Below are positions 21,901 through 35,331 of a stretch of 64,000 nt of DNA, one piece after another; the stretch's first letter is position 1, and every line of letters starts with the position of its first letter. A program made the position numbers and the translations under genes. Where the stretch lies: contig NIVC01001330.1 in NCBI GenBank assembly GCA_002269645.1, positions 186,001-250,000 on the forward strand, written 5' to 3'. The DNA is from Macrostomum lignano. Its lineage: Eukaryota. The notes below the pieces were generated by a model. It did not search any database. It worked only from the letters and a program-made list of their open reading frames with translations, and was not told where the DNA came from.

Positions 21901-22755
21901 ATCAAGCAGTCAGCCAGAGACAAGCTCAGCTGACTGGCTCTGATTGGCTGGCCTGAGACTGCAGCTCTGGCCACCCCAGCCGAATGCTGCAAAACTTGAT
22001 GGACACAGCAGCGAACTGCTCACTCACCGCTCGATGTAGCTGGCCAGCTCTGAGTGGCCGCTGAGCCTCGCCAGGTCCGACGCCGTCCGACCCTCGCGAT
22101 CCTGCAGTTCGAGCAGCCGCGACCTCTTCGAGTTTCCGTGCTGTCTGCACTTATTGAACATTGCTTGCCTGAGCAGGTGCAGCAGGTGCTTGGCGCATTT
22201 CCAGCTTCCAGTCCGCGCCGCCTCCATCAGCGGAGTGGCGCCGTTGTCGTTCCGCAGCCACTTCGCATCGAACGACAGCAGCGTCAGCAGCCGCAGGTGG
22301 TCCCGCCGGGCTGCCAGGTGCGCAGCCGTGTCGCCGTTTGTGTCAGCCGCCTTGGGGTTCGCGCCCAGCTCAAATAAGTACAAGATGCACTTTTCAGTGT
22401 GCACGGGAGTCTCAGGAGCGTCAGCAACCTGCATGAGAACGGTCCGATGAGCTGCATCAGCGCTGGTGACCAGCTGGCGCGTTGCCAGCCGCCGCACCTG
22501 GCCGAAGTCACCTCGGATTACGTTGTGGGCGAAATTCCTGAGATCGGCTGGTGAGTCTCCGACGCTTCTCCGGTTCGTGGGGTCCGGCTGAGTGAGTTCC
22601 TGCAAATGCAATTGAGGCACGCAAGCTGTATGTTCAAAATTGTAAGTGAGTTTTCGCGACTAATTTATCCTACAAATATTAATACGCTTGTATTTGCTCA
22701 CTTAAACTTTACTTACTTTATCGTAAGGAATTGGTATTGGCCCTCGCTCTGCCAT
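18972..22755 (-). CDS. Ankyrin-repeat plus C-terminal STE/MAP3K-like Ser/Thr kinase, 6 exons, about 683 aa
   Basis: Exons 22755-22717, 22599-22028, 21475-21421, 21347-20863, 19949-19586 and 19508-18972; all introns are GT-AG with compatible phases (0,2,0,2,0); 2052 nt total. Kinase motifs GRGGFG, AAK, HRDINCSN, DFG, GTLNFMAPE, SDIWAFGC; ankyrin motifs G.TA.HLAA and G.TPLM.AA. Confidence 0.85.
19990..20378. repeat. 13-bp intronic minisatellite (GCTGTAGCTGTGT)
   Basis: Lies within intron 4 of the ankyrin-kinase gene. Confidence 0.93.
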
Positions 22756-23425
22756 AACTGCTAGCTCAGTCCGTCAGTCGCAGGTGTGTCAGCTCTGCCC
22801 GAGAGTCCGGCAGGGCGGCGGCCGCCTCTGCAGCAGATTTTATCCCAGTCCGCAAGGAACACCACGAGCACTTAGAGGAACACAGAGGCGAAGCAACAGC
22901 CGCAAAATTTGAAACCGGGCATAAAAACTCTCAGCAGGCGGGGGAGGGCCGCTGCACAGGGAGGGTAGAAAACGACACAATGCACAGCCCCCACGCCAAC
23001 CCCGCGCACGCACAAAGGCGCAAAACCACCCCTCCCGGGGTACAAAAGCTGGTTTGCTCATTGACACGCCTCAGAGAAAACCAAGGCTCTTCTCACCTGC
23101 CTGCTTACCCTAATTGCAGTTCTTTTAGCTATTGGCTCCGAGATAACAGCAGAACTGCAGTGTGTGGATACTTAAAACAGCCAGTGTGGGACTGCAAATT
23201 TTCTTGCGAAATTGATGCAGGTGAAATGCCAAAAACTAATAATAGCCTTCTCCCATCTCCCACCTCCCTGATCCCATCTCCGAGATCCAATCTCCCAAAT
23301 CCGATCTCCATCCCATCTCCTATCACCCAGATCGTACTCCCGTCTCCCCAAATCTCATTTCCCATCTCCAACATACCATCCCCCAGATCCCACATCCCAT
23401 CTCCCAGTGCCCCGCCGTCCCGCAG

Positions 23426-24112
23426 GTGTCCAGCCTGACCTTCTGAGACCTAGCCGGCTCGGAGCGGCAGCGCCACGCCGGCACGGCAGGCGAGCGCACC
23501 AGAGAGGCCGGCAGCATCAACTCCAGCCTGCTGACCCTGCGCCGCTGCGTTGAGACTCTGCAGAGAAATCAGCGAAATCCCCGAGCCTCCATGCTGGTGC
23601 CGTTCCGGGACTCGAAGCTCACCCGCCTGCTGCAGCCCTACTTCACCGGCAGCGGGCAGGCGGCGATGATTTTCAACATCTCCCAGTGCCCGTCGCTGTT
23701 CGACGAGACCTTCAACGCGCTGAAGTTCAGCAGCTTGGCGCGCAGCTTCATCGTGAGCGAGCCAACGCCCAAGCGCCTGCGGCTGGCGGCCGCTGCCACC
23801 GCGTCTCCTGGGTGCGGAGTGGCGTCCAAGTCTGCGCCAGCCGCGTCTCCTGGGTACGGAGTGGCGTCCAAGTCTGCGCCAGCCGCGTCTCCTGGGTGCG
23901 GAGTGGCGTCCAAGTCTGCGCCAGCCGCGTCTCCTGGGTGCGGAGTGGCGTCCAAGTCTGCGCCACAAAATTTAAAGCAGGCCGAACATAATTATTATGT
24001 GAAATATCCCATTCCCATTCTTAAAACTTTCAAGTCATTCAGTCCTTCCGCTGAATTCTCTGTTCTCTTTCACGAGTATTTCTTCAATGTCAAAACACTG
24101 TTATGCCTCTGA
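23426..24112 (+). pseudogene. Orphan exon of a kinesin-6 (KIF20-like) motor domain with an in-frame TGA
   Basis: Acceptor CGCAG|GTG, then VSSLTF*DLAGSERQR...REAGSINSSLLTLRRCVETL..VPFRDSKLTRLLQPYFTGSGQAAMIFNISQC...DETFNALKFSSLA; TGA at 23444-23446 where KIF20 has Cys. Confidence 0.8.
23799..23965 (+). repeat. 4 x 42-bp tandem repeat at the end of the kinesin fragment
   Basis: Units start at 23799, 23841, 23883 and 23925. Confidence 0.92.
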
Positions 24113-24526
24113 TGTAGGAGCTGAATGCATTGATGACAATGTGTCTAATTTACTCAGGTTTTTCTAGTTTAGCTCAAATGTAGAATAACTGAACTTCTCT
24201 GTAAGATAATTAAGTGCCGGCTGTTATAAATAGACTATTTATAATGGATATAGGAATAAAGTAGGTAAACTACATGAGGTTAGAATCGGTCAATACTTGC
24301 AAGGCGCACGCAAAAAAATTATTTTAACAACTTTCAGCAGACCGGGTTGGCCCGGCATGTATAGTTTGGCGGTTAAAACTTGAATTATACTCAAAATTAA
24401 AGATGCATGCTAGTTGCTAGCACTTATTGTAGAACAATCAAGAGCGTCACTTTTATTTCTTAAATTTTAGCTCCGATATTTCAGCTAAAAGACCGGTAAT
24501 AGAAAAATAGAAAAATCGCTATATTT

Positions 24527-27500
24527 CTAAACAATATTGTCAAAATCCAAAGAATGGTCAACCCACAGTCTGGCACGTTTTGTTCCAACCAGACGCAACA
24601 GGTGAAAGTAAATTGGAGTTTTCAATTCAGTTTCTCTGGGCTTTGCAATCAGGTCGATAGCAGCTTGTTTAGCTTTGCTGACTAAAACAAAAGCAACTTC
24701 GCTAGAACTCGCAAGTCTACAGGAGGAAAGACTGATGCGTAAGAAAGGCGCCTTCGGTGAATTTGTGACGCGAGCTGATTGCTCACATCCTTGCGATAGC
24801 TGGTCTTCAGCAGAGCTGATGGGCATGCTGCGGTCCCATTTATCCAAATCATGCGGTGAGAATAGCGATGCTACATGCCCATCAGTTCCAACCCCAAGGA
24901 CAACAAAGTCAAAGCTAGGTGGCAGGGCGCTAATATTACTCCTGAAGTTGAGCCAGTGATCCACTTCACTTGCATAAGCACCGGCAGCAGCTCTGCAGCC
25001 AGCGACATCCGCAGCAAGCAGTCGTGGAAAGTGCAGATGATTGAGTGGCAATCGGGCAGCTGAAGGAAGTTGCTGCAGAAAGTTTCGATCGATCACGGCT
25101 GAATTGAGTTGCGATTCGTTTTGAGTGACGGATCCGGGATCTGACAATGGAAAGTCAAAACATGTTTTTGTAGTCTTTTGAAATAGGTACACGAATACAA
25201 AAAATACGCAACTAAATAACGGACTCGAACATCGCATATTTCTAGTGTACGTTGTGTTCCTGTTCTTTACTAAGCACTTGTACTTATACTTAAGATTTTA
25301 AAATAAAAGGTAAACACTGTGTCAGCGTTCAAAACGCTGATATGCTATTTCAAGCTTATCACTGATATTTAATGTTAGACCCACCCATTTGCCTGCACTA
25401 AAACAGCATGTTAGGTGGCAAAACAATGGATTCACTCACCATCGTGAACACATCGCTCATCTGTAACCCAAATATGCAAAGTGGTAGCAAAAGCGTTGGC
25501 TAAAGTGTCGTCATCCCTTGACAATGCTGCCAGAAACTGCATCAGCATTTGGGCCGACTGGCCACCAGGCAGAGCGAGATGGAACTGATTTTTCTGTCCG
25601 TAAACAGTGGCTGTGCTGGCAACGAAAGCCTCCTTAACTTTAGGGGCGATTCGGAATGCCAGCTGTCTGGACAAGGAGAGCGGGGAGCCTCTGTGAAGTA
25701 AAAACTCGCAATCGCTGGCTCCATTGCAAACTGCTGGATCCAGACGAATCAAATTAGCTGTTGACTGCAGCGCTTTTGTTGTTTGAGTTGCTTTGGAGCT
25801 TGGAGACTCGATTTTGGGAGATGCTGGCCATTGAAGCTGGCCTCTTTGGTTAGCAATCAGGTCGGGTTGCCACTTAGACGGATAGACACGCAACTGAAAC
25901 ATTGTTGTAAAAATGATTGCTAACCAACAAGGCATTTTTTTGCTTGCTAGCACTTAGGATTAAAACTTTCGCGTGATGCAAATAAGAAGCTCAGGTTTTT
26001 TCGAGTGTTTTAACTGTTTTATTCTGGAAACCACTAACAACTGTGGTTTAAAAGTTTCTTATTACAAGATTCCATGTTGGGAAAGCATCATATAACCATT
26101 CCTTCGTTGTAATCGTTACTTCAGGTTTTGCTTACTTCCATTTTCCTAACTAATAACAAGTTTTTGTTTGAGTATGACTTCAGTTTTGAGAATGCAGTAT
26201 GCTTAAGAATAGTTCCGGGGACGGGGATTAGAATTCATGCAGGTTAAAAATCCGCCGGTTTCACCAGTTTATTGCAGATATACAGTCTTACCCTTGCTCG
26301 TAGTCCTAGGCTTCTGGAATAAAGTAGCTTGTACAAAATGAAAAACACAAACTTTCTTTCTCAGGGAAAATCTGGGAGATACTTCTTGCTATTTGGGGGA
26401 TGCTTGCTATTTGGGGGATGCTTGCTATTTGGGGGATGCTTGCTATTTGGGGGATGCTTGCTATTTGGGGGATGCTTGCTATTTGGGGGATGCTTGCTAT
26501 TTGGGGGATGCTTGCTATTTGGGGGATGCTTGCTATTTGGGGGATGCTTGCTATTTGGGGGATGCTTGCTATTTGGGGGATGCTTGCTATTTGGGGGATG
26601 CTTGCTATTTGGGGGATGCTTGCTATTTGGGGGATGCTTGCTATTTGGGGGATGCTTGCTATCTGGGGGGTGCTTGCTATTTGGGGGATGCTTGCTATTT
26701 GGGGGATGCTTGCTATTTGGGGGATGCTTGCTATTTGGGGGATGCTTGCTATTTGGGGGATGCTTGCTATTTGGGGGATGCTTGCTATTTGGGGGATGCT
26801 TGCTATTTGGGGGATGCTTGCTATTTGGGGGATGCTTGCTATTTGGGGGATGCTTGCGGTCTTGGGGATGCTTGCGGTCTTGGGGATGCTTGCTATTTGG
26901 GGGATGCTTGCTATTTGGAGGATGCTTGCTATTTGGGGGATGCTTGCTATCTGGGGGATGCTTGCTCTCTGGGGGATGCTTGCTCTCTGGGGGATGCTTG
27001 CTATCTGGGGGATGCTTGCTATCTGGGGGGTGCTTGCTATCTGGGGGATGCTTGCTATTTACTGGGAATGCCTGTTATCTTTGTAAAAACTTGAATAAGG
27101 TGATTTAAAAAACTGAAAAAGGATTTGGATGAATAATTTCAGCAACTTGCTTATTTGGGCGCCCCAAAGGGGAGCACTAGATTGCTAGTGATAGTCTAAA
27201 GGTACATATTCTAGGACATAACATTGAGCTATCAAGAAATTTACTAAACTTAGTACTTCTATTAGAGAAGAATATTAAATGATATAAAAGGACCCAGCCT
27301 CACCCCAGAATCCTCATCGTCCAGCTCTGCCAAGTCCGCTACAGCAGCCAATGCCGGGTCCCAGAGACGCCAGGAGGCCAATAAGCTCGGCAACCCAACA
27401 AAGCAAGAATTGATCGGTGACTCAGATGAGCTCCTCAGCAGCTGCCTCACAACTGCAACATAGGAATTCTGAGATTCCTGTTCGGACACAGCGCTGAAAA

Positions 27501-30500
27501 ACGCATATCGATCCGTTGGAAAGCGCAACAATGACTCAGTCTCGGCCGCATCTTTGCCAGACGGCAGAGCAGCTTCGTTGCTGGGCAACACGGAAAGACC
27601 GGCGCTGGGTCGGCAGCGAAGACCGCTGGAACAGGCAATGAGAGGTCGCGCCAGACCAGTTGCCTTGGCGTCGCCGCCAACAAAGACCAGCAGCTCGTCC
27701 TCGGTGCGTTCAGTTGCCAGTTGAAATCTTAGCCGAATGAAGGACGCCTTGAAAGCCAGCCGCTTGCCGGCTGAAGCAAAAATTGGCAAGGATTGCCAGC
27801 GAGCGCTGCGGCAGACGGTCAGCCCGGCAGCTGCGAATGTCGGAGTGGCAGAGGAGCCGCCGAAGCCGGCGTACCGGCCAGCCAAGAGGTGCCGCTCGCC
27901 CAGTAGCGGGCAGTAGGCAGCTAAGAGACGCGACTTCTCCGATTCCAGCCAGTCGGGAGGGGGCGGCTCCGAGGGCGGCAGATCCATCAGCAGCAGGCTC
28001 AGCATCTCCGTCAGGTGGTTCTGCATCACGTCGCGAATGACGCCCTCGCTGTCGTAGAATGCCAGACGGTCTGGTGCGGAAGATGTGGCAAAGGAAGCTC
28101 ATTATTGAAATGAAACAATGAATGAATTGGCGAAGCCTGTCTCACCTTCGACGCCCAGACTCTCCCAGATGGCGGCCTCAACGCGGGTAACATGGGCTGA
28201 GGAGAGAAGCGACTCCAGGTGCGGATTGGCCTGTCTGGAATTGGCACAAACAGACAGCACTTGCTTATGTACTTCGGTTGAGGCCGCGAGGGTTTAGTGG
28301 GTTAGGGAGCCATTATTGATTTATTTCAACTCTCCGCTGCCCAGATCCAGATCATCCTTTACCTTCAAGTTTTACCTATTTGTGGTACTTTTGTACTCAT
28401 GTCCTGACAAATATTAAAATTACCATTTAAAAAAATTGAAGACACAAAATATCGCATGCAAAAGTAAGTTTAGTAGCACACCATTGTCTACTGTTGTTGT
28501 ACTTTAATGGAATTGTTGAATTACCAATTTGATATTAAACTTAATACCAGCAAATTGTTGTTTACACAGCTCCACTTGTTTTAGTTTCAATTGAAGCTTT
28601 GAGCTGCTGACGGTGATGCAAATCGGCCCTTAGCGATGACTGCTGCTCATGGCGACTGAAACTTCTGACTTCTGAATCAGATTTGTTTATTTTTGTGTCG
28701 TAGCATCAAGATAAAATAACAAATTTACTAAAAACACTGCAAATGGATACCGTAGCTAAATGATTATCTTATCTTACAATCGAAATGCGAACCATAAAAT
28801 GTTAGTGGTAATTGTATCGACTATTGTTTGGTGTTATGTCCCTGTCTCTTGGTGGGGCGCCGCTGTCTCTTGGTGGGCGCCCCTGTGTCTTAGTGGGCGC
28901 CCCTGTCTCTTGGTGGGCGCCCCTGTCTCTTAGTGGGCGCCCCTGTCTCTTAGTGGGCGCCCCTGTCTCCTTAGTGGGCGCCCCTGTCTCCTTAGTGGGC
29001 GCCCCTGTCTCCTTAGTGGGCGCCCCTGTCTCTTAGTGGGCGCCCCTGTCTCCTTAGTGGGCTCAAAGCTGGCAAAGCTGGGCAAAGCTGGTAAAGGCAA
29101 AAGCTGGGCTCCTGTCATTCATTTGTCGAGTTTGGTTGCCACTTTCATTTTAGTTAATAAAAGACTAGTTGAAAACTGCTCCGTCCTTGTAATCGTCATT
29201 TGCAATTTCAGAAATTAAAATGATCCCCTGCAAATTCAATATCGCAAACTACAGCCAAGACGCAAGGGCGGCCGTAGCCCAGTAGTCCAACGCGGCGCTC
29301 TGATGTACCAGCGGCCCAGGCTCGATTCCAAGTGCAGTCACATTTGTAGTAGGTTTAAGCTAAATTGGAATCTTGGCTTGGTTCTGCTCGTGCAATTAAC
29401 GCCCTTCAAGGCCAACCCCCAAGGCATAGTGAAGTGTACATGCCTAACGATGAATGAAGTCAGGGCCGCTGTACACTCCTGTGTAAGCGTATGCCTGTGC
29501 GTATGACTGCGTACGTATCCGCGAGCTTGTGTGCCTGCTCAGGGGAGTCGGCAGAATGGGCAGCAATGCCTCTCGCCGGTTGTGTGACAATGTCGCTCAA
29601 AGTGCGCCAGGGAGCACACACCTGCCTCTAAGTATAAAAAACTGAAGCCCAGACGCACCTGAACTGCAGCAGGCTCGCCAGCACAGGCTTAGCCAGGTAG
29701 TGATCAACTCGATGAAGCTGGGCCTCGCTGACCCCAGCCTCCGCCAGCTCAGCTGCCAGACTCTCTGCAGACTCCGCATCGGATCCGAACGGCTTCTCCA
29801 GCACGAACTCGTTGCTGGTTGGCGAGCCGGCTGGGTGAGGACAGGCCAGCTGCACCGCCCGTGCCACATCCGCGTAGGAACGCGGCGGGATGGACAGGTA
29901 GAAGATTCTGCGCCTGCTGGAGATGGCGGCGTCAGGTGCGGGTGACTCATCGGGATCCTTGGGTGAGAATGCATGCAGTTTAATCTATGTTATTCCAAAA
30001 TCATCTTATATCATATCTCAATCTCCGATTCATTGTCATATTATCAACTCCCATTCACAACTGCCACACTCCCATTCACAATTGCCACACTCCCATTCAC
30101 AATTGCCACACTCCCATTCACAATTGCCACACTCCCATTCACAATTGCCACACTCCCATTCACAATTGCCACACTCCCATTCACAATTGCCACACTCCCA
30201 TTCACGATTGCCACACTCCCATTCACAATTGCCACACTCCCATTCACAATTGCCACACTCCCATTCACAATTGCCACACCCCCATTCACAACTGCCACAC
30301 CCCTATTAACAACTGCCACACCCCCATTCACAATTGCCACACCCCCATTCACAACTGCCACACCCCTATTAACAACTGCCACACTCCCATTCACAACTGC
30401 CACACCCCCATTCACAACTGCCACACCCCTATTAACAACTGCCACACCCCCATTCACAATTGCCACACCCCCATTCACAACTGCCACACCCCTATTAACA

Positions 30501-31474
30501 ACTGCCACACCCCTATTAACAACTGCCACACCCCCATTCACAACTGCCACACCCCTATTAACAACTGCCACACCCCCATTCACAATTGCCACACCCCCAT
30601 TCACAACTGCCACACCCCTATTAACAACTGCCACACCCCCATACACAATTGCCACACCCCCATTCACAATTGCCACACCCCCATTCACAACTGCCACACC
30701 CCCATTCACAATTGCCACACCCCCATTCACAATTGCCACACCCCCATTCACAACTGCCACACCCCCATTCACAACTGCCACACCCCCATTCACAACTGCC
30801 ACACCCCTATTAACAACTGCCACACCCCCATTCACAACTGCCACACCCCCATTCACAACTGCCACACCCCCATTCCCAATTACAATACCACACTCCTATT
30901 TACAATTATCACAATCCAATTCACAATCCCATTCACTCCCATCCAAGATAGCCCCACTCCCATTCACAACGGTCCCTTCCATTAAAAACTTCCTTAATTA
31001 ACATACTGTCCTTACAATAGGAATTCTTACTTGTAACTACAAATGGATAATATAAATATGTGATAGAATTTCACAGAAAGCATTCACGTAAGAACTTTCA
31101 CATTCAACTCAATTCACCTGACTACACAGTCTCTCATAGCCAGCCCGATCTCGAACTCCCTGATGCAGCTTGACTTTCTCAAAGAACCAGTCTCTAAGCT
31201 CTGGCTCAGCCCCAGCCAAGAATTTGTCAGCATTGAGGCTGCCCCGGGTGACGCAGTGCAGCTGCAGCGACGGCCGCTCCAGCTGAACCAGACGAAATGC
31301 CGGCCACAGATACCGCTGTGCCAGGTCTCCTGTGCAGCCGAAAATGAACACTTGATGGCTGGCACTTGCTGGAGCAGCAGAACCTGATGCTGCCGCACAC
31401 ATTGATGCATGCAGCAGTGGCAGCAGAAATGCAAGAGCAAGCTGCCAAAGCAGCAACCAGCAAGGCTGCTTCAT
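24527..31474 (-). CDS. H6PD: ER hexose-6-phosphate dehydrogenase / 6-phosphogluconolactonase bifunctional protein, 6 exons, about 859 aa
   Basis: Exons 31474-31118, 29957-29659, 28234-28146, 28070-27304, 25893-25440 and 25140-24527, phase-compatible (2580 nt). Signal peptide, FGCTGDLA, RIFYLSIPP, EKPFG, RVDHYLAK, GVIRDVMQNHL, then 6PGL motifs LALPGG, DERCV and LGVGTDGHVASLF. Confidence 0.9.
26385..27062. repeat. 18-bp intronic minisatellite (TTGCTATTTGGGGGATGC)
   Basis: Within H6PD intron 4. Confidence 0.95.
28846..29062. repeat. 20/21-bp intronic minisatellite (GTGGGCGCCCCTGTCTC(C)TTA)
   Basis: Within H6PD intron 2. Confidence 0.92.
29266..29640 (+). mobile_element. tRNA-derived SINE, family 1, copy A
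   Basis: A box GTAGCCCAGTAG, B box GGCTCGATTCC, A-rich tail; colinear with the copy at 49254-49614. Confidence 0.82.
30045..30880. repeat. 21-bp intronic minisatellite (CCACACTCCCATTCACAATTG)
   Basis: Within H6PD intron 1. Confidence 0.95.
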
Positions 31475-34400
31475 CCAATACTGAGCTCAACATGGAATAG
31501 AGAGATCGAATGTTTTTCTACTATGAATTTTCAGATTTTAGTACATAAATACACGTAGCATTAATTGGACGATCAAGTGAAACACTTTGGTACCTCTGTC
31601 TACACATGTTCAATTTACAATATCTACAGTAAAAGTTATTTTTGCAATTTTACCATATGCTCGTAAATGCCTGTTTCCCGATATCAAAGGTCAGCAAACT
31701 GTCTTATTGGCTGCATATGGCCTGCAGAGACATTTTTGCCTCTAGGTAACTCAGGGAGTGGCAACTGGAAGTCTTTCTGTTGCAGGCCTCTAAATACCCA
31801 CTTAGCTGCTCTGCTACTGCACTGGGAGCTCATCTGTCAAAGAGAATCAAATCTGTGCTTTTAACTGCCTTTATTTTCTGTCCTTAGGAAGCCATTGCCA
31901 GACTTACCTATCTTATTGCTACATTCTGGTACATTTGACGTTACTTTGGCATTCATGACTTAACTATGTTACATTTACTGCCTCCTTGTTTTTATCCCCC
32001 TGTGTTGTCTCCTATTTTTATTTTTTGGAGTTGAGACTGCTTTCCCCACCTCTTGTGCTACTCGTACTTTGTGCCATAGACATTCGCCTGCCTACTGGTT
32101 GTATCTTTTGCTGCTGGTGTGATTGGTTACTGTCTCCATATTTTTCTTAGCGCTTATTTTATCATCCTAAAGTGAAATAGTCGATCGATCCGTCCTTGCA
32201 CTGTAATTTGTGCCACATTTAAGTACGCTCGTAGGAGGGGGTTGCTCACCCACTTATTTATTGACACACTGCCCCTCTATAAAACATCATTTGCTCTGGC
32301 TTAACAGCTCAATTTTAACTCTTTTTCTTCTTTTAATCTTGTTTGCTGCACTTGCCTGTTTACTTTTTATTTTCTTTGTCAATTAGTTTGCAAATTACTA
32401 TGTGAAAAATTAGCCAAATAAACCGATTGGTTATAAGGGGTCACTTTTTCCACCTCTTGCTGCTTTGTACCATCGACTTTTGCTTACCTGCTGGTTGTAT
32501 CTTTTGCTGTTGGGGTGTGATTGGTTAACTCTTCTTTTATTATATATCTTATTGTATATAAGCTCTGGCAGAATGGATTAGTTTCATTCTATACCGATAT
32601 CAACTAAAATCACTGTACTAATTTGCATACCTGTACACTGTGTAGACAATGCGATAGAATTTCTAGGATTGCTTTTTTGGACTTCTGCTGGGTCACAGAT
32701 TCATGGGAAATCAGTAGTTTTCAGGGCATATTGTATCGACCGAATTCTCTCTTCAGGGGAGGCGTGAATAAGAAAAAAAGTAATAAACATAATGCATCAA
32801 GTGCATAAATAATAAAAATCTTTCTTTCTTATATCTAAAGACTGAAATTATAAAATTTTATGATCTAATATAGTTCTATCTATCATAATTTTTTATTTTA
32901 AAAAGTTTGACTTCCCTTTTTTAAGTGTTAAAAACGACCATCATTTTTTTTACAAAAAGTTGTTGTACTAATTTTCAAGAGGTTTATAAGTTGATAATTT
33001 TTTGCTAAAATATTTTCTGAGCCTATATTTAAGTTTATAGTCATTTTTGTTAGTTTATGATAAGTGTAACATGCTAAAAAAACCCTGCAAAGTTACCTAA
33101 CGACCATCATTTTCTGGTATTCTGAAATTTGTTGATCTTCATAAAACCTGAATTACTATCATTTATTCCTAAATTTTATACAAAAAACTGAATTTACTGA
33201 TATTCTAAAATCATGTCCTTTTTTAAATGTGAATTACTTATTCAATTTCTCTTTCAAAGTTTTTACAGTTTTGATTGTAAAGAAAAATATAGTGGAATTC
33301 AAGTCTTTTATTAAAAATGTATACTGTCAATTACTTGTTTGATACCATAAAATCATTTTCAACCTGCACTATTAAAAAGTTGTTCCAATTACTAACCATG
33401 CACCTAGAACTCTCCACTTTAGTTTGCAATGCACCTTAACACATGCCCCAATCTTCAGCATAAGTAGTCTAACTAGACTCAAGTTTTTACTATCCATTGG
33501 TGCTACTGCTTATTGCCTAACAAATAATCTGTATTTGCCTTTGGTTTTATTAATTGTTATATTCTATTCTTTGAATTCTTGAATAGATTAGGACTGTCCA
33601 TCTTTATGATCATATGTTGAGTTGTGCAATCATGAAGTGATGTTTTTGTTGAAGGTGCATAAGTACATTTGATCTAAAATGTGAAACAGGTATAATAAAT
33701 TTTATGGTTAGACAAGCAAGTTATAGTTTTTATATGAACAACTATGGATTATAAACAATCTTTTAACCAAGATTGTATCTAAAAATAGAGAATCCTAATA
33801 CACTTTTTAAAACTGAAGGTCGTTTTTTTGAAACAAACGACCGTCAGTCAACGACCGTCATTTAAGAAAAAGTGTGCAACACAGTTAAAGTTATCTACTA
33901 AAATGTAATAATTGTTTGTAACCATTCATCTAGCTATTGTTTACTACAATTAATGATCAATTGAGACAAAAACTTGCCTGATTTGCAGGAATCTTAAACT
34001 TAAGTTATAAAGTTGGATACATAAACTTTCACCAAAAACGACCGTCATCAAAAGTTTCTCTCTGCTAAATCAATACAGTAAGACAAATGACTTTAAAATG
34101 TATCTCATCTTAATCTAGAGGTCACGCCCATAAATATAGAACTCACAAAGTCTCAATTTAGTTTGTCTTTTGTATGATTACTGATTATTATTTGCTCCAA
34201 CCCAACGACCGTCATCTCGTGGAATTACCCATTAGTATCATGGAAAAGGGAACATACAGATCGACAATGTGGCGGTACTTAATAAACTTCTAATTGTAGA
34301 ATCTGATACAATTGACTCATATTTCTAACACATGAAGCCTTTAATTCTGTAGAGTAAGGCTGGAAAAAGACTGCTTCAACTAAGACCTCAGCACCCAGCT

Positions 34401-35331
34401 TCTTGTGGCAGTCAGATTGCTACCATTGCTTATTAATTTTCTATTAATAATATTTTAAGACAATTTAATGTTCATTTCTATGAAATTATTATCCGCTTAA
34501 ACCCCTGGCAATTTTTGCGATTTTCAACCATTGTGCATCATGTCATTTTCCCAACCATTGACCCATCTGCATCCCAGTGTTGTTTTCTCTATTTTCCCAC
34601 CAATGAACTGTTGTTTCCCACTTTTGACTTTTTACTAATTTTGTCTTTGTTTCTGCATCAAGTTGCTACCACCCAACCCTTTGTCTACCCCTTTGTCCAA
34701 TTGCCCGTCCAAGCCCAGCCCTATCTGTTGAAAATTTGAGTTTATATAAATATTTATATGATTGCTTCAAACACTGCTGCCTTTAACTTTCTTAACTTTC
34801 CTAACTTTCCAACTTTAGCTTTCCTACTTTTCTCCCTTTCCTTTGCTCTTGTTTAATTATCTATGTTTACCTTGTTTATTTGTCCTATAACTGTTACCTT
34901 TAGTGCTGACTTTAATTTCTGCTCTGTTTTAAGCTGCAACTTATCTAATATTAGCGTATCAGGCAAAATGCTTCAAAGCCAAGCAAGGATAGTTGAAGAC
35001 CCAATAAGCTAGCAATGCCAAATGCATCAACAAACTCAAACCCAGGATTAATTCCAGGATTCAGTTGCCAGGCAATGATTGGAATATAGCGACAGCCCAA
35101 ACACAAAGCACATCAACTAGTCCAATGCTGCATGTCAATGCCTAGCAAGCAGCTAATCATGTGGCCATATCTAAGTTGCCAGCAGTGCCTACTGTTGGTA
35201 ATACCCAAGTTTGATGCCCTTGTGTTGCAAAAGGGATATCAACTTGGCTCTCAAGAGGCCATTTACTATGTCACTTCTTTGGCTCTCAGGCAAATTATTG
35301 GGCTTCAAAATCTTTAGATCACCAAGCTGCT

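Noticed and set aside
23444-23446. Selenocysteine recoding of the kinesin TGA
   Set aside because: No SECIS-like element was recognised, the gene is fragmentary, and kinesins are not known selenoproteins.
26329-31001. Long repetitive ORFs (LLFGGC)n, (TATPPFT)n and (HNCHTPI)n
   Set aside because: Minisatellites inside H6PD introns on the opposite strand.
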